A DNA stretch of 53,980 nt, counting the filler, from Bipalium vagum (lineage: Eukaryota), in the NCBI GenBank assembly GCA_037834085.1. It is 2 parts of 2 records of this genome, joined end to end, with 100 filler letters (N's around TTAATTAATTAA, not from the genome) between each part and the next. Parts side by side here need not be neighbours in the genome. Positions count along the whole stretch, not along the records: positions 1 to 22,311 come from JBBMKC010223454.1; 1 more part is not named here. One strand, given 5' to 3'. Numbering within the stretch: position 1 is the first letter of the stretch; each line of letters begins with the position of its first letter. A program made the translations under genes and the position numbers. This document shows positions 1 to 13,076 of this stretch, in pieces. The notes beneath the pieces were generated by a model. The model saw nothing but the letters and a program-made list of their open reading frames with translations, was not told where the DNA came from and made no database searches.

Positions 1-306
1 TAATTATAATTATATATTTCCATCATTTTATGTAAATTACAGGGGTGGCTCCAAACATATGGACGGCATTGTATATTTACAAATTTTTATATTTCAAAAT
101 GTAATTTTTACACGCTATGTATTTTATTTTATCATCTATAAAACTATTTGTAATATTACTTTAATAATTTATTAAATGTAAGAATGATTTAAATGACATT
201 CTTTCATTTTCTAATTTTCAGATTAAATAAAATTATCTTTTAATCAATCAATTTTTATTGAGTTAATATAACATTTTGAATTATTATGTTTAGCTCAATT
301 TTTTAA

Positions 307-3300
307 ATGTTTAAATTAAATTTACAGAGTATTGTGAAGCTTCATAGAAATACCTTGATTCATCATAATTCTTTTTCTGGAAAATATTTAAATGATTTAA
401 AACGCATATGCTATAAATCGACTTGGACTTTTCGTAGTGATTATGAGAAGAACCCAGTTACTGATCCTTCAAAATTAAGAAATACGTACAATAATTTTTT
501 TTATCCAAATTATTTTTTCGCCAAGACTGTAAATCAAAAGTATGTATGGGGTATACTTATTGGATTTGTCCTGTTAAGCAGTGGAGTATTTTCAAACGCA
601 CTGGAATATTTAGAAAAATTATTCGGCTCTAAAGACCAAAAAGCAAGAGAATTACATTTAAATAAGTCTCTAGAAAATGAGCCAGAGGTACATCATAATA
701 AATAAACAGAAGACTAATATTTGACAATTTAGATTATAAAAAAGTACTTCATTAAAGCGAAATCTGCTTCCAGTATCGTTATAGAGGAACAAGTATTATC
801 TGAAAACGAAATTGAAGATGATGATGATTCTAGTGAACCACAAAAGAAATCACGTGTTGGATTTAGAGATTCTAGAGTATTATTATTTCTAACGTATAGT
901 GGTTATAATGGAAATTATTATTTTTAGATTATTGCTTATGAGGACCGAATAAGATCTTATTCAACACCAGATAAAATATTTCGTTATTTTGCAACAATTC
1001 AAGATGTGTCTAATGAAGTTTTTATGACACCTTTAGATTTTGTAAGATCTATCACACCGGGTGTGAAACAACCAGAAGGACTAGGCTTAGATTGTTTTCA
1101 CAGAATCGATGTTCGGGTATTTAAATGTTTCTTTCAGTTATTGATTGTTATGATTTCGAAATATTGAACAATATTATTTCTTATGAAAAATGAAAACTAT
1201 TTTGACTAAGATATTTTAACTCCATTAATAAATCTCACTTAATGGGCGACCAGTGATTTTTTCAAAAAATCTAACAACAAAACCTTTGATATTGTCGGTA
1301 TCAACCCTAAGTCCAATTACAAATATTTTTCCAAGGAATGTTTTAATTAATCTATTGATTGAAATCGTCTTCATTTCGCTTATTACACTCCTTGATTTAT
1401 TTTCTTTAATTATGTTATTCTTCTTTCTTTTCTCTCTGCATCTTATAGTGTTATCAAACGAACATTAGATTTGACAATTACTCTTTGATAATATATATTA
1501 CAGTAAAAATTGAATAAATATTTATATTTTCTTCCAATGCTTTCACCAAATATCGAAAATTAGTTGCAAAATGATCATTGAGGCAATAAAATAATTAACG
1601 TTTTCAGAAGTCAAGTTTTTTAAAAAAATAAATGTAAACCACCAAATTAGCAAAAGACAACGTAATTAAACTTTTGATTGTTTACTGATTTTTGAAATAG
1701 TTAAATATAATGAAACTATTTAAAATGAAAACAAGGAAGCAGTTTTTTCCAAAAAATGGTAATTGTTTTAAACAAATCGAAAAATAAATCATAAATTATA
1801 AATTTCTTTTTCGCACGAAATTTCGGCCAATCTATAATATACACTAAGGCGTGTTACCTTTATATTACTCTTATCATTGAAGCTGAATTCTTAATTATTA
1901 ATCAATTTTTATTGTAATGTTATGTCAGAAAGAGAAAATCACTACTGAAGTCTCAGAAGATTCGGTTTTCTATCTATTTGGTGACAATGCACTGATTAAT
2001 TTCTCCGATTACGTGTTTCTCTTGACAGTGATCAGTAGTAAGTTTACTTATATAAAGTTAACAATTGTAATTTTAACCATCATTTTGAGAGACAAAGAAA
2101 GACTAAAACTTCTGAATTGATCTTTTAAAAGATTTATTTGTAATTGACAAGAAATCACTGTTGAATTTAAAAATTTTGTTTCCCTTTATTAATTTTTTAT
2201 TTCAATATTTTTTATTAATTTTCAACATGGCAATTATTTGTTACTAATTGAAACTGAAATTTGAATCCAATTTTCTAATTTCGATAAACCTGTAAATATA
2301 TGGGTACGAAAAAATCTGTAGTTTTCTGTTTAGCAATTTTTTTTTATAAAATATACATTTTAATAAAAATTAACAAAATATTATAGTGGAACTCAATCTC
2401 ATTATAGTTATCTTTCTATTAATAAATAACCGTCAACATTACCAATAATAAAATTTTCTAATTAAACAATTCCACTATCATATTGTCATTATACGTGTCA
2501 CAAAATCAACCTAGTATACAAACATAAATATGATAGATATTATGGAAAATTTTAGTCGGAGAAAAATAAAATACATCAGTTACAATCATGGTTAATTAAG
2601 TTTTTTTTAAGAGTAACAGTTGGCGATAATTTCTTGCCAGTGACAGAAGCTGCACAAATACATGTTATTCTGAATCTATATATTTTCCCACTGATAAAAA
2701 CAATTTTATCCAATTTTATTTTGTCTTTGTCGTCTTCAATATACATTCTATCTCATCCGTATTATAGATGTTTTCAATTTGAATTCTATTTTCAGAAATT
2801 ATTATCTTTTTGTAGATAATCGATCATAAGAATTCTGTTGGAATCCCAAAATTTTGATGCCATTACCTTACCAATACATATATCGGTCATTGCTTTCTTT
2901 GAACGTAGAGAGTTTCTGTGTTTCCATTGCTTAGATTGGCTTTTGCTTTCTGGGATGTAGTAATGAGCCCATGTCTCATCTGGAGTAACAGACCTTCGCA
3001 CAAAATCAATTTTATTCTTCTGAAAATGTGCGACAAACATCTAGAGAAAGTTTTGATCTTGTTTTGTTCAACCTTAATCAAACGCTGCACCAATCTTACT
3101 GTTAATTTTTTCATTTCTAATTCATTATGCAAAATAAAATGCGTCTCTTTGGTTGATATGTTCATTCTGTTAGCTATATCTGATCCTTCAATTGAATATC
3201 TTGGAGAACCGTTTCATGTAATTTTTTAAACGATTTCTGGAGTACTATGCGATTTTGGGCGACCAGAACGGGGGTCATCTTCCAGGTGTGAATTATTTAA

Positions 3301-6300
3301 AAGTTAAGTGACTTATGGCTAACCATCTATTACAAAATTAAAAACAGCCATACAATCAAGGATGTGACACTATCTGAATCCAATCAAACCAAAGAAAATA
3401 AACAATTTTATGATGTCATCAATGTCATAGTTCACATAAAATTTTTTAAATAAATAAATTCCTTTTTTAACAAATAAAGACGATTATATTTTGATTTTCA
3501 TTTGAAAAGGTAAATAATTTTTTGTCTATTCGAAATTTCATCTCTGGTGAATGTTGCGAATTTTATTCATATATAATATATATATTATATTTCAGAACAT
3601 AATAGTGTTACAAAAATGTCATTGGGTCTCGAATGATTGATTTAAATAATGATTTAATTTTTTGTAAAGGCTCGGTTTTAATTTCAACTGACACTATCAA
3701 TGTTTCTAAATATCTATCTCAACTTATTCTTTTTTCTAAGATTTGAATAAGATCTCAATATTTCAGTGATAAAATCGATCACCCTGTCATAAATATTAAT
3801 TTAACTATTTCTCTCTTTATTGGAAACATAAAATCTATTGGTTTTTTTCAACAAATTATATTTTTAGTGAAAAAATTTAAAAGTAACCCACCAGCTTTCT
3901 ATACAAGTTCACATTTATTTATTGATTATCTGTTTAATATCACTGATCCTCACTCTACTGCCTATATGACTTTATTGAGCAGCTCCACAGAAGCAATTTG
4001 AAATTGCTTTTCGAATGTTCGATTTAAATGGAGACGGTGAACTGGACGTTGAAGAATTTGACGTAGTTCGATCAATTATTCGATCTGGTTCAGCAATGGG
4101 TAAACGTCACCGGGATAATACAGTGACTGGAAATACTTTAAGTAATCTGATCAATTCTTCATTGAGCAAATATTTTTTCGGAGAACATGGTAAGAAAAAA
4201 TTAACTATTACCGATTTCACAACATTCCAACGCAAATTACAAAAAGAAATAATGAATCTCGAGGTAAATAATCAAATCATTCATTTTTTGTGGAATCACA
4301 TTTTTTCTTTTTAACCTTTTTATTCTTTTCACAAAGAATATTTAAAGAGGTCGTTAAAAATGAATATTGATTTGATATTTTTTGTAGTTGTTTCAATTTA
4401 CGAATAAAGAATTTCTCATTTGAAGCTAAATTCAAATATTTTTTCGGTTATTTAATTTTTCCTCTATTAATTTTAGAACCTAAACTATAGAAATAATCAT
4501 ATTATTAATTGTTTTCTGAAAACTGATTTAATTACCTCTGACGATATTTCTATTCATGTCCTTTTATAACTGGGTTGTCCAGAAAGTCTTCGGTTATTAC
4601 TACAGCATAAAAGTCAGATCATTTTGTATGAAGATAAAATTTTATTATATTAAATATTGACCATTTTGTTCTACAATGAGTTTCCATCTCTCAAGTAATT
4701 TTATTATTCCAGCTTTAAAATATTTTTATCTTTTTCAGCGAAGAATTCGTCTAGTTAAGTTTTAAAGATGATAACAGATGTAAATATTTTCCAAGTCAAA
4801 GAATTTTGTAGAGAGAAACAGATAATAATCAGCTGATGCAATGTCAGGACTATATATATAACAGTAGAACCCGGATGTTAGAGAAAACAGGATGTAATAG
4901 ACTTCTTGAAGTCCGTCTTAACTTTACTAATGAAATGACCCAGGTATAATGGAAACCCTTATAATAGATCATAAAAAATCAAAAATACAATTAAACCCCT
5001 GATGTACGAGATTACTGAGTATAAGAAATGGGACGTATAATATAGATTTTTATATTGAATAGATGTCTTCAAACAAGACAAGGGTGTTGGAAATGGTGAA
5101 GGACAAAACCAAGAAAAAACTGATATTTTTAGTTATTTTTCAATTGATATTTCCACACTTATCAAAATAAAAGTCCAAGAAAGTGCTCTGCGTAAAGCAT
5201 TTGAAACCAAAAAAATTTAAGTGCAAACGAAAGAAAATCAGCATTTACGAAGAATTAAACAAAGCATTTTCGCTTTGATTTCATCAGGTGAGGTCCCAAA
5301 ATGCAATTGTCAATGGAAAAAGCATAACAGATGCCAGAATCAATGGTGATTGATTATGAACCATCTAACTGGTGGCTTCAACGATGGAGGCAGAATGAAA
5401 ATAGAATATAATAATATAATTATTGTTTCTTTTTGGTGGGCATTCCTTGAATATCGTGCCACAACCATCGAATTTATATTTTATTTTATTTATTAATAAC
5501 ATGAAAAAATTTAGTATTTATATATAAAAAAGATCGGTCAAAAAAGCGACTTGGAATCCAAATTTTGAATATCCCAGATTTCTTAAATGATCATCAATAT
5601 TTATTTTCTACAAATCCAACTTCTTTACGATCTCACGAACGGTAATGTCTGTCATTTTCGATAATTTCCTTTAATTGATCTTTATTAAGTTAAACTGGGC
5701 TATCAGAGTGTGATACATCTTGAATCGAAAAATTTCCTGAACTAAATTTGGTAAACTGAATCTGGCAATTGTGTTCTGTTATATCTTTGCCATAGACTCT
5801 ATATAGTTTTCGATGTGTCTCCGCAGCTGTTTTGCCTTTTTTAAGTAATAAAGTGCACTATGTCTAAAATGTTCATTTTAATTTTGCATTTTAAAAAATG
5901 CACCGCATAAAATTTATGTACAGGGTGTTTCATAATTAACATACCATCTTTTTCTTATATTTACAAAAATTTGGGAACACAACTATTCAGAAATGACTTT
6001 ATTGACATTAAAATGATTGTTGAATAAATATACAATACATTATCAAGGTGTTTTCCGCTTACATCAACACAGAAAGTCATTCTCTTTATGAGATTCAAAA
6101 TTGAAGTTGTAATATACAATTTTACGGTATGAATTAAAACTTTATCCTTATATATAAAGAGTTGAGCAAGTGTTGTATCTGCTACCAGCGAAATGAACCG
6201 TACTTCACTTTGTCAACAATTCCTTTCAAAATTTGATGACGTTGAAATGTTCCTGAACAATATTTGATGGAATGATGAGTCAATTTTTCCAATGTTTTCC

Positions 6301-7931
6301 AAGACAAACAAGCAAAATAATCGCTTCTGTAATGAAGATAAGTGTGAAGTTCCAAGAATTTATAAACCAATGTTTTCCCAATCAATCACATTGTTTGCAG
6401 CTTTCAACAGTCACCATGTTCTGGAACCATTTTTCTTTGATGTACACATATCAATCAAAACGACTATTATTTTATATATGAAAACGTTTTAAAGTATGGT
6501 GAATCTATAAATGTGTCAAAGATACATTTTTGAACTCACTACTGTGGTTGACAATGTCGTTGACGAGGTTTTGTTTAAAACAGCTTACTGAACAAAGAGA
6601 AATAATTGTAGTATTTAATTTTTCCTAGGTTCCACTTTTCAATCATTATGCTTAAATGTATGGAAAATAAGGACATGTGACAATTTTATTTATTTAATTG
6701 GTAAGCATTAAGATTATAAACAACTGTTTATTAATTAGAATTTTAATAGGATCTTCTCATAGTCTATTAGTAGACTATTTGGAATTTCACTAATGTTATT
6801 TTTTTAGTAAACATTTTCGGTAATTTTTGTAATTATTTAATGTCATGACTGATCAAATCATAGAATTTAGACGAAATTGATTTTAGTTGTGTATAATTTT
6901 CCAGTCAGAATAGCAGAAATAGATTTGATGATTTGGTGATTTTGAATTGCTGATCAAAGTAAATAATTAACAGATTTTTGGTTGTAAGATATCAAGGGTC
7001 TTCTTGAGAGATAATGATTATTAAAGAAGTAGTAATTAATAAATTATTTAAAAATCGTTTTGGTTGTTTTCATTAACGGGTCTATAGCTAAAAGGTACAG
7101 TGACCCTCTAGTAGGCCAGGTGTTAGTGTCTGTTGCAATGACAATTTAAAGCAAAATAAAAAAATTGTAGTTTTGTTATGTACTTTTCACATGGGGATTA
7201 TCTTTAAAATAAGAGTTATTTCTAACAGGATTATCTAATAATAACTTTGTGTAAAAATTTTGTTTTTTTCGATTCAAAACTTAATGATATTGAAAATGAG
7301 ATTTCTTTTATGTTTGGGTCTGTTAATTGCAGTTTAGTCGATATAATCCTGTAAATCAATTGATTCGAGAAATAGACTTTGCTGACTCTCTGCTGATGTA
7401 TGCTGAATTTCCTGAGAATAAAAAGAAAAAATTCCTGCGAAGAGTGCGACAGAAATATAATGAAACAAACTCAGTTGTTTGTATCATTTTTGGAAATATG
7501 ACCGGTTCATCATCTTTATTTTTTATTAGGGCGTCAGTTTTGAAGAATACTGCTCCTTTAACCATTTCTTGAAATGTATTTCCGAAGTGGACACCGCACT
7601 TACCTTTTACCACTTGGCTGGAGCATCAATCGATCAGCAGACTTTGAAACATGTATCGACAGCAGTCGCCAATGTTACGCTGAGCGATCACATTATTGAT
7701 ATTGTTTTCACTCTTTTTGATGCCAACAGTTAGTCTCTCTTTCATCGAACGATTATTCAATTCTATTTTCTTTCTCTTTCAGATGATGGCCAATTGAGCA
7801 ACAAGGAATTCATTATGGTGATGAAACAGAAGTTGCTACGTGGTTTAGACAAACCAATGGATACTGGATTTATTAGACTTCTTTCAGCTATCAGCAAATG
7901 TGCAAAGGAAGTCATTTTAAGTGATGATTGA
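307..7931 (+). CDS. MICU1: Mitochondrial calcium uptake protein 1 (EF-hand gatekeeper of the MCU uniporter); exons 307-687, 733-876, 928-1116, 1929-2037, 3983-4263, 7333-7476, 7530-7728, 7783-7931
   Basis: Phase-consistent GT-AG splicing gives GFRDSR|[38 protein letters not shown]|[26 protein letters not shown] (EF-hand 1), [15 protein letters not shown] and [38 protein letters not shown] (EF-hand 4), all MICU1 hallmarks. The N-terminus is basic and presequence-like, followed by one hydrophobic segment. Confidence 0.96.
2760..3290 (-). mobile_element. Degenerate mariner (Mos1-like) transposase fragment in MICU1 intron 4
   Basis: Frameshifted ORFs 2887-3165 and 2792-3040 read [19 protein letters not shown] and [22 protein letters not shown]...[10 protein letters not shown], variants of WVPR(E)L and Tx[14 protein letters not shown] (HTH linker) is encoded at about 3255-3285. 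Confidence 0.9.
4570..5900 (-). mobile_element. Mariner remnant interrupted by a second (pogo/Tc1-like) insertion starting at about 4862 after a (TA)n run
   Basis: TIR-like TGGGTTGTCCAGAAAG at 4571. The C-terminal [10 protein letters not shown] motif (4820-4852, -) and N-terminal HTH remnants with RSGRP-like sequence (5630-5890, -) are separated by about 750 bp beginning CAGTAGAACCC. Confidence 0.65.
5920..6600 (-). mobile_element. Decayed Tc1/mariner-superfamily element in MICU1 intron 5
   Basis: TA-flanked CAGGGTGTT terminus. The minus strand encodes C-terminal-like [11 protein letters not shown] and N-terminal SGRP-like remnants; many stops. Confidence 0.5.
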
Positions 7932-9779
7932 TTTTGCCATTTTAATCTCATTGTTTCCTTTATTCCTTCTAATGAACAACTTTTCTTCTAAAAAATTAAA
8001 GCGGCCTGTGCAAGTACAGCTATCGAATCTTATTGAGAAAGAAAATAAGATGCTTGAACTGTCTTTTGCATCATATATCAGTTGTATTTTTAATTTCTTT
8101 GCAGTTTTTAATAAATCAAAGTAATCTGTTTAAATTTTTTTTTTAAAATTTACTTGAACTTTTCATTTATACATTTTTGTAATATTTAATCAATGAAAAT
8201 AGAATAGAAAATTAAAATTAATTAAAAACCAGTAAATTTAAACTTAAATATGTCAAAAATAATATGTGACGAGTTCCAATAAACTTAAAATCATGTTTAT
8301 TTTCGGATTCATATAATACGTCCAAAAATTTTTTACTGCACGATAAATTATAATGATAAAATATAAATAAAAAAACACGTTATTCATAATGAAAAAATTG
8401 TTAAAGGATGAGATCAAAAAATTGTGAATAATTACAAAATGAAAATATTCCAATTTAAGATTACATTTTAAATTTATTCAATAGATCTTGCATAAGCAAT
8501 AGTAATTCAAGCGGTTTTTAAAAATATGTCGTTATTCTATTGAACGATTATTTATGGTAAACATTATTTTAAATAAGGGAAAGTTGATGTAGCAGTTGAC
8601 AGAAAATTTAACTGTTTTCAAATCTGTTATTATTAAATCCTAACAAGTAACATTCACTCGAAAATTAGATAACTCTTAACTTTCTAATGTTTTCATTTCA
8701 CAAATTAAAACTGAATTGAATCAAAACCCCGCAATAAAATTTAAATCAAAACAATCACGATAAAGCTTTATTAAATACTACAAAACAGTCTTTTCACTTG
8801 TATTAAAATCACAATCAATAATAAAATTTGTGCAAATGTCTCAAAATCAAAACTGTCCAACTATCTGAAAATCAAAAAGCGAACACAAATAATTCAAAAT
8901 AAGATGATTAAAATGAAGTTTATATTAATAATAAAAAAAGAACAAAAAAATTGGAAATATTCTCACCAGCAGCGACAAGGAGTCCCCGGGTCATCCTATA
9001 GGTCATTTTCAAGTCACTTAGGGATTCACAAACTCGCTGTGTCCCTTTTAAAAATTCATTTGCATTGTCAAAGAGAATAAACAGAATTACTGAAAACAGA
9101 AATTGTCCTCGGCAAAACAGTTTGTTGAGAGCCTCCTGAGAATCTTCTTCGACAAAAACCAAATTATAGTTCTCGGTAAATCTTCTTTGTGAAATCGAAT
9201 AAAATTTTTTCGTAGACTTAAGTCAATATCTTTATATTTTTCTGGGCAGCTTTCTGGGAATAACCGTCTCCTTATATAAATGTAGAGATTGGTCTACGAT
9301 GGAGAATTTATGAAAATGAGTTACAACGAAGTTATTAGAAAAGTAAGACTCAGTTTTGAAAAACTAGTTTTTTTTTATAATTTAATTTGTAAAATATTCA
9401 TTTATATTTATAATATCATATTTTTATTAATAACAATAATAATTATATTTCATAATATCATCTAATATACTTTAGTTCATAATAATGCTATTACGCTTAT
9501 ACATTACTATGAAACTACTCGTAACACTTAGCTCGTAAATTTACTAACATTGTCACTTCTGTCAATAACGTGTTTGAAAATAATTGAATCAAATTTTGTT
9601 CTACTTACACAAACACACAAGATTGATCACTCAATAAAATTTCTCAAGTATTCAAAATCAATAAAACAATACTGAAAATCAGAATAAACAAATCGAATCA
9701 TATAATCAATAAAAGTTAGAACAGTAAAATTTTTTCAACATATTTAATATTAATGAAAAAAACAATATAATAGATGTGA

Positions 9780-10245
9780 CTGTTACAGATACAAAATGAA
9801 AAAAAAGCTGGAAAGAGAAAGATAACTCCAGGAGTATTATATAGCAATTAATGATAATTCAATCTCTTCTAACTGTATGATGAAAATATCTAAAGATTGT
9901 ATTGTTTCTTTTCAGAAAATTCAATTGCTGAAATGTTAGGATTTGAAAACAAACTTTATATAAAAGGTGATTATAAATCAAAGAGTTAAATTTTACGATA
10001 AATAGAATCATAATTGATTGTAATATTGTTGAAGGAGGATTTTATAATGGTGGAAGAACAAATATTATTTACGACTTTCCTTCCAACATTTTTAAGAGGA
10101 TCTAGAAATATTGAGAGACAAAATTTTTTAATTTACTCTGTTTTAATCACAAAAATATTAATGAAATAGAGATAATTGATAACAAAAAAGTAACTAAAAA
10201 ATTTTAATGGAAAATAAATCAGTTTTCATCTCAAACAAGTTTGAA
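9780..10245 (+). pseudogene. Fossil Polinton/Maverick (adintovirus-like) minor capsid (penton) gene
   Basis: Manual translation across frameshifts gives NSIAEMLGFENKLYIKGDYKS, INRIIIDCNIVEGGFYNGGRTNIIYDFPSN, GSRNIERQNFLIY and INEIEIIDNKK*LKNFNGK*ISFHLKQV*. This is collinear with the Polinton penton pattern as I recall it (S-I-x-x-L-LGF ... I-x-CNI-x-x-G-Y-x-NG ... I-HEF ... PGY-K-I-E ... DQ-x-G-x-L-DFRGE ... LH). Confidence 0.75.
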
Positions 10246-10272
10246 TTAAAAACTAAAATATTTTCATAAAAA

Positions 10273-10920
10273 ATGGAGAACATTTGTTTTGATAGTGAAA
10301 TTAAATTTAATCATCATTAATTTATTACAAAAAATTATAATATTACGTATTTCTCCTTATGGATCAGAAAAAACAAATTTATTATATACCTAACATGCTT
10401 TTACAAAAAAATAAATTACAATAATGTTAATTTTTTTGAAACTGCGTTTATTCAACCAGAATTTAAATATGATTGTTTTGAATATGAACTATATAAAAAA
10501 GACATTCATAATAAATTTTAAAAAATAAAACCAAAATTTGGAGAAAATAAAAAATACGATTAGATAAAAGTAAGAAATTACATCTGATGAAAATAATCAA
10601 AATATGAAAATGTATTTTACAAGAAAACAAAAAATATTCTATCACCTTAATCGTTTTTTAATTTACCATTAAGAAGTATAAAAAATATTTTAATTTTATT
10701 TAAAACTTTAGAAGATATAGAGATATTCTAAAATGTTAGCGCATCTTTTAAAAAAAATTGAATTTGATTATTTTTACATTGATCATGAAAGAACAATTAA
10801 ATATTTTTTATTAATTTGGAAGATGGAAATGCTGAGAAAGAATAAACCATTGCATGTTTTACATTTTGATTAAATATTAATTTTCTATTAGAAGAATGTC
10901 AAACTTTGGGTTAAGCGAAA
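10273..10920 (+). pseudogene. Heavily deleted Polinton-type major capsid protein remnant
   Basis: ATG 28 bp after the penton stop (MENICFDSEI...), the penton-then-MCP order I recall for Polintons/adintoviruses. Weak residual motifs (SPYG; YIDHERTIKY resembling the C-terminal LIIHDRxxEY). Confidence 0.4.
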
Positions 10921-11736
10921 TTATTTGTATTGTATTACTGAACACACAATAAACGTTGCATTAAACTTAATTTTTCAAGTTACATATTTACAATGTAAAG
11001 CCTAATGTTGGAATGTGCAGAGAAAGATGGAACATTTTAATTTATATTAACTCAAGATGCAATGTGCTCAATTGAGTTCATGTGCATTTCTTCGTCTTGT
11101 ATAACTTGGTTTTAAAGTTTGAAAGGTTAATGGTGTATCGCTTCTTGTGATAGTATGTAAGATTATCAAATACTATGTATGAGCAGTTGTTTTTGATAAT
11201 TCTTTTCTATTATGCCATAGGAATGATAGATTTCTTTAAAATCTGCGTGGATAGTTTCTTTCATTCATGTGTATAATTGTGTTTTTTTGAAGTTAAATTA
11301 ATTTACGTACCTGGCGAAATTATTTTGAAATATTCCTTCGAAAAAAGCACCTTAATCATATCTTTACTGAATTTAATTAATCTTACGGTATCAGAATCAT
11401 TAAACAATGAAATTAAACAGCTGAAAATAATGATTGTGTATTAAATGTTTTATTTAATTAATTTGTAAAGTAAGGAAAAAGTTTTCAGATAGATAAAATG
11501 AATTAGAATATATATAATCAATTTTACATTATCAAATTTTAAGTCTTTGGAATCATCAAACATTATTGACTTGGAGTTAAAACTTAAGATTGTGAAAATA
11601 ATGAAACGAGTCACTTTAAAAGAAGCATTCATTTTCAATAATTTGAAAATTTCGTGTTCTTGATCGCACAATTGTTAAATCAATACATCATTGAGAAAAG
11701 TCAAGGAGTAATGGTTTCTTGTAGATTCTGATTTCT

Positions 11737-12880
11737 TCAAAGATTTGTACTGGTTCTGTGCACAAGGTAATGCAAAAACCGATGAATTCTCCGGAAACTG
11801 AGTCCAATCACCCAATAAATTCGCCTCACTTGTCCACCGGCTTCATAAAATGCCCACCAGCATGTAAGCACACAAGCGATACCATTAATTGCTAAGATCA
11901 CTTTTGGAATTGGGTTTGAATAATTGTTAGCCAGTGTCTATGACAGAAATACAAAAATACATAGGTCTAAGCCATCATGAACTCACGAGACAAGAATACA
12001 GCATGTGAAGGCAGCCGACTATTCCTATTTTCAAGTATGATTTCATCTGAAAACCTCTCGAAACGATTACATTAAACGAAACATGATTCAGAACAAGAAA
12101 GAGGATCTGTGCAGCTGAATGTAGAGAAATTTATCAATGGACGACCATAATTAATTTCGATTGATTAATCAATAATATATTAACCGAATCTCACAATATA
12201 AATTGATGAAATCTTCCGGCTGTCCATAATATCCCAAAGTTCCAGGCCCTTTCAATGCCACCAGCATATTTAATGTGGCAAACAATCCTGAAGTAATGCC
12301 AAATCCCAATCCACCAACATACGCGAAGACTGATATATTGAACAAATCATCGATTTGATTTTTCATAATCAGTGGCTTGTTCCCGTTTTGAGGATTTTTA
12401 TCAAAACTGTGATCCTGAACATTATTTGAGGTAGTTGCCAAATCGTTGATACTTATTACAGATGGATCATTGCTGGATTCGTTACTTCTTAAGTCAGATG
12501 CAATAAGTTTTAAACCACGATCAAATTTTCTAAGAAAAATAACTTAAATACTATCAAAGAAAAACTTATCATTACACAAGACAATAAACGAATAAAATCC
12601 GTATGGCCTCTTGAAAAACAACTGAGAACACTAAGCCAAAAGCTAATTTATCTCTGATTGGAACAACAGCAAACCAAACGATAGAAGAAAATAAAAACGA
12701 AACAAGCCAGAAACTTGAACTAAGTATCAATAAATGTAAATAATATTGACTTATAATTAATAATTACCTAATTATTAAAGTAATGATTCTTAAAGGATAA
12801 GGAATTATAGTAAAACATATTAAGATAATTGGGATCCCAAAACTAGTTAAAAGACAACCAAAAAATTCATCATATGCCAT
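11737..12880 (-). CDS. APH1: Gamma-secretase subunit APH-1; exons 12880-12768, 12719-12576, 12529-12195, 12114-11987, 11937-11737
   Basis: Spliced product reads MAYDEFFGCLLTSFGIP...PLRIITLIISSSFWLVSFLFSSIVW...FQEAIR...FAYVGGLGFGITSGLF (GxxxG motif)...GPGTLG...LNHV...LHML (two conserved His)...WAFYEAGG. GT-AG introns are 46-80 nt. The exact 3' end is less certain. Confidence 0.93.
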
Positions 12881-12998
12881 AAATTTAATTTTATATTTAA
12901 AATAATAAATATAAATTAAGCGCCAATATAGGATATTATAAACAAATCTTTTCTTAAATTTATGAAAATTAATATTTTTTAAAATCATTACATTATTA

Positions 12999-13076
12999 TT
13001 AGGTTGTCCAGTATGAAATGTCATATTTTTAGTATTTTCCTAGGTAAAAAGCGACATTTCATACTGGACAACCAAA
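12999..13076. mobile_element. 78-bp mariner-type MITE
   Basis: TTAGGTTGTCCAGTATGAAATGTC...GACATTTCATACTGGACAACCAAA, a 24-bp TIR with one mismatch, flanked by TA on both sides. Confidence 0.85.
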
